Part shown: positions 55,006 through 64,000 of the stretch, piece after piece | Position numbering within the stretch: the stretch's first letter is position 1 | Layout: every line of letters starts with the position of its first letter | Assembly (NCBI GenBank): GCA_964016885.1 | Contig: OZ024741.1 | Location: forward strand, 387,004,001-387,068,000 | DNA length: 64,000 bases | Source: Eledone cirrhosa | Lineage: Eukaryota | Direction of reading: 5' to 3' | Notes under the pieces: generated by a model | What the model saw: the letters and a program-made list of their open reading frames with translations, nothing else | Database searches by the model: none | Told to the model about the DNA's origin: nothing | Position numbers and translations under genes: made by a program

Positions 55006-58000
55006 TTACAGATATATACTCAGAGTAGGCCCATTCACTCGGGCCATTCTTGCTTCTCTCACCCATCTTTCAACAAAATGCTGGGAAGAGAGCACTTCCC
55101 TCTCTACCCTGATTTTCCTTTTCAAATGAAATTTGAAAAAGTCAATCAGAGCATCACCGAAGAGGTAAGTGCTCGTCTTCAGCCCTTTCAAACGTGTCCA
55201 CCATACTATCTCTTTCGCCATGGCCACCAGACAGATAAAAACTGCCTGCCCTTCCCGGCTAAAGGAGGAGGGCGGGGCAATCCTCACGATGGACTCAGAT
55301 GATAGCCGGATCCGTCCTAAACGCGACAGCAGGTGTTCGACATAAACCCACAAGTCAGCAATTTTCGGACACTGGACGAGTGCGTGCAGGACGGTTTCGT
55401 CGCCCTGCGCGCACCTCGGACATGCCCGGCTGATGGCACCTCCATGCCTGTAGAGTTTATCCCGAACTGGAAAGGCTCCTCGGTAGCACTGCCAGGCCAG
55501 AGATTTCTGGAAGTTGTCCATAGGCCCTGGCCCGAAAGTTCTTCCGAAGAGATTGGCTAGTTGATTTTCGTCGACGCCTAGAGTTTCCCCAAGTACGTCA
55601 TCGCTCTTCCCCTCCACTAATCCTCTATAGAACGCCGAGGTGGAGTTTCCACCGATCACATTGCCCGATTGGTCGAGGGCTGTGAGCGCCTGAAGACATT
55701 CCAGTCTCCAGGCGCTCCCTCTCGGTCTTCGCTTGACCCAGGACTGCAACTCCGTCAAGGAAACGAGCTGGGGAAATACGTGTCTAGCAAACGGCGACCA
55801 CACCTGATCACCGTCGAGGAAGAGGTGGAGATGTCGTAGCCTGAGCGCGTGCCTGCGCATCATCAGCCACGGCATGCCCAGCCCTCCACGTAGCGGGTGT
55901 TGACAACAGATGGACCGCCTGACCATCGGAGCGCGTCCCTTCCACAAAAAGCGAAAGAGCAAACGCTCCAGCGCAGTCAGGCGAGGCTTAGGACAAGGTA
56001 CGACGGTCAGGCGGTAGCAGATGACAGACGCGATGTACGCGTTAGCCACCTACGCTCGACCTTTCAAGGATAGCTTCCTCTCCGCCCATTTCTGGGTGAG
56101 AGAAGCAACCCTGCTCGTCACCCCGTCCCAGTTTTTGTTCGTCTGGAGGTCCGGACCGAACCAGACCCCTAGCAATTTAACCGGTCCGTCCGTCCAGCGT
56201 CCGACGACGCTGTTCGACGGCATGGACCTGCCTCTCCAGGTGCCGAGCTGCAGGCCCACTGACTTTTCCTGGTTGATCATTGCTCCTGTCACCGTTTCGT
56301 ATTCTCTTAGTGTAGTGCCGATCGCCTCGATGTGTTTGGCGTTCGACACCACTACGGTGACATCGTCCGCATATGCTGACACAGATCTTCCGCATCCTAG
56401 TTCGCGCGGGACGCCTCTCAACGTCTCCAGTTTGTGCAGTAATGGCTCGAGAGTCAATACGTACAAGAGAGACGAGAGGGGACATCCTTGGTGAACCGAG
56501 CGCATAATGTTGAACGGTTCCGACAAGTGACCGTTCACTCTCACCACAGAGCAGATGTCGCTGTGCATGGCAGCGATCCAGCCTCTGAAGACGGGCCCAA
56601 AGCCAGCCACCCTCAGGACTGCCGCTAGGTAACGATGGTCGACCCTATCGAAAGCTTTCGACTGATCTAAATTGATCAAGGACCCACCCATGCCAGGTTC
56701 CCTAGCTACCCTCTCTACGATGTATCGCATGAGGTGGAGGTTGTCGTGGATGGATCTGTCGGGAATGGCGCATGTCTGCGCCTCTCCCACCAGACCACCA
56801 ACGACAAGCGCCAACCTCTTTGCTAGCACCTTGGCCAAAATCTTGAACTCTGTGTTTAGCAGAGTTATGGGCCTGAAATTATCTATGTTATCCCCTTTGT
56901 TCGGATCCTTTCTCAGCAGTGCCACCGCTCCTCGGCTCACAGAACTGGGAATTTTCCCGTTCTGTTGCCAGTTGCAGTAGACGTCCGCCAAGAGGTCTCC
57001 GAACAAGTCTGGCATCTGTACGTAAAGTTCATAGGGCAGACCATCCAAACCAGGCGATTTACCCCTTGTGCAGCCAGTCATTGCCTCCCTTACTTCAGCG
57101 GCTGTTATCGGCTTTTCGCAACACTTCGCCTCAGTGGCCGAGAGCCGCGGCAGTCCGTCGAGTTAGACACTAAAGTCCATCCCTCGACCCGGCCCACCGC
57201 TGCCCCCGAACAGCTGAGCGAAGTGTCGCTGAAAAGCTTCACACATTTGCCCGGGATCGAGTAGCATGTGCCCGCCGTGGTCCACCAAAGACCGGATCGT
57301 GGCTTTGTTGCCACGACGCGCCTCCGCCACTCGGGCCCATTGAACGGCTTTCGTCCCCTCGTGTCTGAGAGCACGCACCCTAGCTCTGACAACGCAGCCT
57401 TCGTGCTTTGCATTGAAGAATTGGTCAAGGGCCAATATCGCCGCAAGCACGTCAGTCGCGATGCCTTTGCTAAGCGCCTCGTCTAATTTTCTAACTAATT
57501 CTCCCTCTGCTCTATTTTTCTCTATTGCTAAAGTCTTACTAAACCTAATGGACTCTATTCTAATCGCTCTTTTCAGAGCAAACCACCACTTGTTGTTGAC
57601 GATGGCTCCCGTCAACGCCCACTTAACTAGTTCGCTAATCGGGTCTCTGTAGGCCTTGCGCGCTGGTAAGGACGCGTTTAGCTTCCAGTAGCCGGGTCCT
57701 CGTCTATGAAGCCTATCTAAGTCAAGCACACAGATCACGAATTTGTGGTCCGTGTAGCTGACTATCTTGAATTGTGGACAGCCTATGCTAGACAGTTCAA
57801 AACGCCTGAGCAGGTTGGTGAGGCTCTTGCACCCTCCACCCCTATCCGCTAAACCCACACAGTCCCAGCGTGCATCTAAGATCCCGTTCCAGTCGCCCAC
57901 TAACACTAAAGAGCGGGACGTTCCAAGAAAGGTCTCCAGACGCTGGAAGAAATCAGGCCGCCCTGCTCCTGTCGGGGCATAGACGGCCACTAGCCTGAAA

Positions 58001-58314
58001 GCTTGCCCGTCTCCGCTGGTCACGTCCAGCACCACCAGCTTACCCTCTGGGTCCAGGAAGATGGCCCGTATGGTGAGATCCAAACCTCTCCGAAAAAGCA
58101 CAGCAACTCCTCCCCCCGATCCAGGACGGCTGGGAGATGCATACACATCGTAGCCGCCGACGATCGGTGCGAAGGCCCGTGCTTCGGAGATTCTGGTCTC
58201 GCTGATGGCCACTACATCTATGTTTAGTGACCTGAGGTCGTTGAGCAGGTGACCCTGCTTCCATGACGACCCCAAGCCACGCGCATTTATGCTGCCTATT
58301 CTGAGTGAGGTCAT
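55006..58314 (-). pseudogene. Tx1-like ORF2, disrupted
   Basis: SINARGL, ISETR, VYAP, GDWN, TDH, GYWKLN; KSPGLDGL, FRPITLLN, DQSKAFD, QGCPLS, YADD; CPRC..ET..HAL..C. Internal EN deletion, frameshift near 57160, TAG at 56050. Confidence 0.92.
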
Positions 58315-58349
58315 GTTTAAAATAGAGTGGAAAAGATGGGAAAGACCAC

Positions 58350-60443
58350 TTACCGTACTTTTCGTAGAGGAGGGATGGTTTTTACATCCCTTTTCACTTG
58401 ATCGTCTGGTGAAGGGACCGTTGAATCGTCCCTTCGGCTGGTCGTCGGCTCTTCTATGAGTATGTCCGAATATACTCTTCGATTGATAGTTCCTCCTAGG
58501 TCCCTGAAATCACCAACTGCGTTGGGGAATTTCGTTTTAATGTTTGTGTATTGTTTCTGTGCTATTTTTAGCAGTCTTATGTTAGTTAGCGTTTTGATTG
58601 GTGCTGGTATTATGTAGTCGTGTTGTGAAATGTCTGTGTGTTCAATTATGTAAGTCATTAGTTTCTTGTTGTGTGTATTTATTGCCGTGCATTTGTTTTT
58701 CTGGGGGTGGGGTGTGGTTCTGCTATTTTCTTGTCGTTGTTGCTGGGTGTGTGTGTTTTGTTGTTGTGTTTGCGATGTTGGTGCTTGTGGTGGTGGTGTT
58801 GAAGGTGTAGTTGGCGGTGGGGTTGTCACCAGTGGTGATGGTGGTGCTAGTGTGGGTGGTGATGGTGTTGGTGGTGTTGCTGCTGTGAGTCTCTTTGCAG
58901 TAGACTTTACCCTTTTCTCATTTCTTTCCTCCCTTTTCAAAGGCGACGATGCGCTGCTTCTGCGTTTGTGCCTTCTTACGACCTTTTGCCATCCCTCTCC
59001 CACCTCACACTCCATGTCTGATTCTGTGAGGTCGGGGAGGGGTACCAGCTCCACTCTTTCACTTGTTGTTGTTGGTGATGTTTGCACTGGAGTCTCTGTT
59101 GCAGCTGCATTTGGTATTGCTGTTGTTGTTGTTAATATTTCCACTGCTGCTGCTGTTTTTGATTTCCATGGCGTGGGTATGGGTGCCACGGACCTATCGT
59201 TCCTGGTTGCCGCTTGTCCTGTTGCTGGTAGCCGTGGAGCCGGTTTCGGAAGGAGGGGGGTTTTCTCCTTTCTCAGGGTCTTCTCATTGCAGAAGGCCCT
59301 GAGGTGAGTCTTCGATCCACAGCGAAAGCATTTCGAGCGTTTGCCCTCAACACTTATGGGCAGTTGAGTGCCGTTATCGAAGACTATCACATCCGGGATA
59401 GCTTCGATGCACTCCTGGTTGGTTTGGATTAACATCTCAATGGAGGTGCCGACCCAATCTTCTCTTACTTTTTTCTGTACTTGCAGTACAGTTGTTTTGT
59501 CCTCGATTCCGACGAGGACAGACGCGGCCAGCCAAGAAGGGGCCATCCCGGGGTGGACGTGGGTCAGTTTGACCCTCACAATTTTTTGCCCGCAGTAGGA
59601 GGGCACCAACACCATTTCCTCGCTCCTTAGGGTCACTACGGATTGAGCCTTTGCCTCCTGGGGTGTGGCAAAAAGTACGTCTACGGTGACATATTTTTTG
59701 CCTCGGGTGATGTGCGTTTTCCGCTGCCACACAGACCCCAAGGCTTTTTGTATTTGAGCCTCTGTGGCTCTTTCAACCCTACGGGATTTTGTACTTACTG
59801 TACGGTACGTGACCGTACAGTGATGTTGGGTTTCGAAAAATTTTTCCGCTGCCTTGCAGATTGCTCGGTGTCCAGTCTTTGTCACCATCTTCTTCGCTTC
59901 CTCTAATTCCTCATTTGTTATGAGGATTGTTTCCAGGTTCTTCGCGATACCTGCAAACGAAATTGGTTTTTCTTTGCTGCTGTTGTTGTTGTTGTCGTCA
60001 GAGCTGCTGTTACATTTGTTGTTGCTGCAGGTACTACGACTACTGCCTTCGCCGCTGTTGCTGTGGTTGTTGTTGGTGTTGCTGCTGCTAATGCTGTTGT
60101 TGTTTGTGATGCTGTTGCGGCTGCTACTGTTGTTTTCATTGTCACTGTTGCTGTTGTTATTACGGCTGCTACTGCTATTATTCCTGGCGTCAGACGAATG
60201 AAATGGGTTTTCGTATTTCCCGCACACCTGTTTCGTCGTTGTCGTCATCGTCGTGGAGAAATCTTGCACGCTTTGCACGAGACTTTTTTTTTCTGTCATC
60301 GCTTGCGAAAGAGAAGGGAGGGAGAGAGACACATTTAAAGAAGGGAGGGAGAGAGACAATCTTCTCTCTGCTGTAGTGATGATTGAGGAAGAAGAAGACG
60401 GAATGAGTGGGAGTGACCTATGAAAATTCTTTTTCGTAGCCAT
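58350..60443 (-). CDS. Tx1-like ORF1 (nucleic-acid-binding, CCHC knuckle)
   Basis: Uninterrupted frame of about 697 aa from MATKK; CFRCGSKTHLRAFC; EGWQKVVRRHKRR; N/S-rich and P/T-rich tracts. Confidence 0.85.
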   Translation of the reverse strand: MATKKNFHRSLPLIPSSSSSIITTAERRLSLSLPSLNVSLSLPSLSQAMTEKKSLVQSVQDFSTTMTTTTKQVCGKYENPFHSSDARNNSSSSRNNNSNSDNENNSSSRNSITNNNSISSSNTNNNHSNSGEGSSRSTCSNNKCNSSSDDNNNNSSKEKPISFAGIAKNLETILITNEELEEAKKMVTKTGHRAICKAAEKFFETQHHCTVTYRTVSTKSRRVERATEAQIQKALGSVWQRKTHITRGKKYVTVDVLFATPQEAKAQSVVTLRSEEMVLVPSYCGQKIVRVKLTHVHPGMAPSWLAASVLVGIEDKTTVLQVQKKVREDWVGTSIEMLIQTNQECIEAIPDVIVFDNGTQLPISVEGKRSKCFRCGSKTHLRAFCNEKTLRKEKTPLLPKPAPRLPATGQAATRNDRSVAPIPTPWKSKTAAAVEILTTTTAIPNAAATETPVQTSPTTTSERVELVPLPDLTESDMECEVGEGWQKVVRRHKRRSSASSPLKREERNEKRVKSTAKRLTAATPPTPSPPTLAPPSPLVTTPPPTTPSTPPPQAPTSQTQQQNTHTQQQRQENSRTTPHPQKNKCTAINTHNKKLMTYIIEHTDISQHDYIIPAPIKTLTNIRLLKIAQKQYTNIKTKFPNAVGDFRDLGGTINRRVYSDILIEEPTTSRRDDSTVPSPDDQVKRDVKTIPPLRKVR

Positions 60444-60659
60444 GTTGTTTTTTTTGTTTAAAATAAATATTGGGCACAAAACCCCAATAAGCAGTTATTT
60501 AACCCCGAAGGGCCAAATAACGGGCAGAAAGACCCTTCTCACGAGGAGGAGGGTGTTTTTGTCTACAAGTTCGTTAAAGTTTTAAACAATTTACAATTGT
60601 TATAGCGTTCAAAATTTACAATACCTTACAGAGCCGAGCCTCCGTCAACCATAGCATTC

Positions 60660-63600
60660 AATAATAATAATAATAATAATAATAATGATTTCATTTATTG
60701 GCCACAAGGGCCGACATGTATAGGACAATACAAAGACAGGGACAGTGGGGTTTAGAATAAGGTTGAGTAAAAGTGCACAATGGCAATACTAATTTAACAA
60801 TGAAGATATAAAAATATAAAATAAATATAACAAAATAAATTCCCCTATAGGGGGTGGACGACCCAGGGGTGACTCAGGTACCCCACCAATCCTGAACCAC
60901 CCTGCGCTTCTAGGGCACCCAGGGAGAGCACCCCTCTCCTCAAGTTAGCTAGCCTATAGGCATATGGTCAGAGTAGTCCCACTCACACAGGCCATTCTCG
61001 CCACTGGGGGGCAGCACTGCTCTATCCACCCTCATCTTCCTTTCCAGGTGAAACTTGAAGAAGTTGATGAGGGATTGGCCGAACAGAAAAGTGTCTGTCT
61101 TCAGTTCTTTTAACCTGGTCCACCATATAACCTCTTTCGCAACTACCACCAGACAGAGGAAAATTGCCTGCCCTTCCTGGCCAAAGGAAGGCAGCGGGTC
61201 GATCTTCACTATGGACTCGGCCGATAGCCAGATCCGTTCTATACACGACAGTAGCTGTTCGACATAACTCCACAAGTCAGTAATGCACGGACATTGGACA
61301 AGTGTGTACAGAACGGTTTCATCACTGTTTCATCAAGTCCGTCTGACAACACTTCCGTGCCTGTAGAGTTTATCCCGAAACGGCAGTGCCCCCCTCCCAG
61401 TAGCACTGCCAAACGAGGGATTTCTGAAAATTGTCCATCGTTCCCAACTCAAAAGTCCTCCGGAACAGACTGGTCAGTTCGACTTCGTCGAGGCCCGAAG
61501 CTTCTCCGAGGGCATCATCGCACTTGCCCACCACTAATCCTCTATAGAACTCTAGAGTGGAAGTTCCACTGATCGCATTGCCCGCTTGGTAGAGGGCAGT
61601 GAGTGCCTGGCAACATTGCAGGTGCCAGTCACCCAGTTTCGGTCTCTTCTTGACCCAGGACTGCAGCTCAGTCAAAGAAATGAGCTGCGGAAAGGCTCGT
61701 CTGATAAACGCCGACCACACCTGTTCACCGTTTAGGCAGAATATCTGGAGATGTTGCAGCCTCAGCGCATGTCTGGGCATCATTAGCCATGGCATGCCCA
61801 GCGCTCCACGTAGAGGGTGCTGGCAGCAGATGGACCGCCTCACCAACGGGACTTGTCCCCTCCACAAGAATTTGAAGAGGAGCCGCCCCAGCTTGGCGCG
61901 GCGTGGACGGGGACAAGGCACGACGGTCAGGCGGTAGTAGATGACGGACGCGATGTACGCATTCGCCACCTCCACGCGACCTTTCAGTAATAGTTTCCTC
62001 GCAGCCAATTTTTGGGTGAGACTGGCTATCCTGCTCGTTACTTCATCCCAATTCTTTTCCACCTGGAGGTCTGGTCCAAACCAAACCCCAAGCAACTTTA
62101 CCGGTCCATCCATCCAGCGCCCCACGACGCTGTTAGACGGCATGGACTTGCCTCTCCAAGTGCCAAGCTGCAAGCCCACCGACTTTTCCAGGTTAAGTTT
62201 GGCTTCTGTCAACCTTTCATATTATTCAATAAGGTGCCGACCACCCCGATTTCCGAGGTGTTTGACACCATCACGGTGATGTCTTCCACATAAGCCAACA
62301 CAGCCTTTCCACATCCTGGTTCAAACGGGAGAGCCGAAATGGTTCCGAGAAGTGGCCATTAACCTTGACCACCGAGCATGTGCTGCTGTGCATTGCAGCG
62401 ATCCAGCTTCTGAAGACAGGGCCGAAGTCAGCTGCTTTGAGGACAGCCTCCAAATACCGATAGTCGACCCTATCGAATGCTTTCGATTGATCTAAATTGA
62501 TCAGTGCCCCACCGAAGCCAGGTTTACACCCTACCCTCTCTATGATGTATCGCATGAGGTAGAGATTGTCGTGTATGGACCTGGTTGGGATTGTGCAAGT
62601 TTGCGCCTCCCCAACCAAATCCTTGACGACAAGCGCCAATCTCTTTGCTAACACCTTGGCCAAAATCTTAAACTCTGTGTTGAGCAGAGTTATGGGCCTG
62701 AAGTTGTCTATTGTATCCCTCTTGTTCTCGTCTTTCCTTATCAGCATCACCACGCCCCTGCTCACAGAATTGGGAATACTCCCATTCTGCTGCCGGTTGC
62801 AGTAGAGTGCTTCGAGGAGATCGGAGAATAAGTCTGGCATATTTATGTAAAGCTCGTAGGGCAGGCCATCCAAACCAGGTGACTACTGCCTCATGCAGCC
62901 AACAAGGGTATCCTGAATTTCGGCTGAAGTAATCTGCCTTTCGCAGCGCTCAGCGTCGACCGTCGAGATGTGCGGCAAGCTGTTGAGGTAGGGACTGAAA
63001 TCCACTACTCTCTCTGACTCGCCAGTCTCCCCGAACAACCGAGCAAAGTGCTGGCGAAAGGCCTCACACATCCGCTTGGAATCGCTTATCTCATGTCCAT
63101 CTCGGTTCGCCAAAGACCGAGTTGTGGTTTTATTACCACGCTGCGCCTCCGCCACGTGGGCCCATCGAACAGCTTTGGTTCCCTCGTTTCTCAGCACACA
63201 CGTAGAAGATCCTGTCTATATACGATCTAGATGACCCTATGCGGTTGGTCTATGTCCACACTAGCACATTGGGGAAATCTACTCGATACCTGTCAGACAG
63301 TTGGAACTGGCTGATTAGGTGCTTAAGGATTTTGCATCCCAGGAGCCACCATATGTTCATTCTTGGTGGGATCCTGAGAATGTGGGCCTTTACTGTCCGT
63401 TTGCCCATGTAGGACGAGTGCATAATAATGTGTTCCATTCTGCAGGGGTCACCGAGTGGTTAATAGCAAGGGCCTCGGTTTTGAACAGTACCGAGATGGT
63501 ACCGAACTGTTTGGCCCTTGCTTTGTACTTGATGTCATTTCCGATGCACTTTAAAGCAGCCTTGACTTCTGCTTGACTGGTGAGTTCCACTTTGCGTGCC

Positions 63601-64000
63601 AGCACTGAAATGCATCTAAAGTACACCGTCCTCCTTTGCATGGCTGCTATTGCCTCGTCCGGGATGGTCAGGTTTGCCCAGGACTTCTCTCGTTTAATTA
63701 ACTTCCATGCCTGGGCCAACTGTTGTTCCTTATCACTAATATCTACATTGAAGAAGCACTTTGTTTTCGCTGCGGCTGCTGCAAATGTGGCGCCTCCGTT
63801 GCTCTTGTTGTTGTTGTTGTTGCCACCACCATCGGCGTTTACATGTCAGTGTTATTGTCGTTGTTATTCTGGGTTGTTATTGTGGTGGTGGTGGCGGTGG
63901 TGGTGGTGGTGGTGGTGGCAGTGGTGGTGGCGGTGGTGATGTCGTTTTGAGATGATACTGCCTCTATCACAGAAGGGAGCAGTTGTGATGGTAACTCTTG
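60660..64000 (-). mobile_element. Degenerate Tx1/L1-clade element B, head-to-tail with A
   Basis: ORF2 pieces at 60949-63345 homologous to A with frameshifts and deletions; ORF1 relic at 63350-64000; AATAAA and (ATT)n tail at 60660-60702. Confidence 0.9.

Larger units (their letters stand above)
54722..60660 (-). mobile_element. Apparently full-length Tx1/L1-clade non-LTR retrotransposon A
   Basis: ORF1 plus ORF2 (EN, RT, C-terminal Cys/His motif), AATAAA and (ATT)n tail; 5' end abuts another (ATT)n. Confidence 0.92.

Overview
Eukaryotic, AT-rich, microsatellite- and transposon-dense DNA; the SINE, RTE and Penelope repertoire suggests an invertebrate, most likely an octopus/cephalopod (inference). 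Bases 1-10660 are a 45-bp satellite with higher-order structure. A spliced minus-strand host gene not assembled by the ORF track was reconstructed by hand: 7 coding exons from 35647 down to 17090, consistent phases, about 243 aa, with a CCDC177/CCDC185-type N-terminus ([27 protein letters not shown]). Its introns hold a 6.3-kb cryptic triplet repeat, a Helitron relic and SINEs. The rest is mostly retroelements: two long RTE LINEs plus fragments (PHD-like finger inside the RT), two Penelope-like (GIY-YIG) elements, and two head-to-tail Tx1/L1-clade elements bounded by (AAT)n. The most notable signal is about ten type-I hammerhead-ribozyme-like motifs of five sequence types, several with non-canonical cores (UUGAGAA, CAGAAGA, CCGAAGA), often in fold-back mini-elements next to (TA)n. 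All calls are from manual reading; no searches or folding programs were run.
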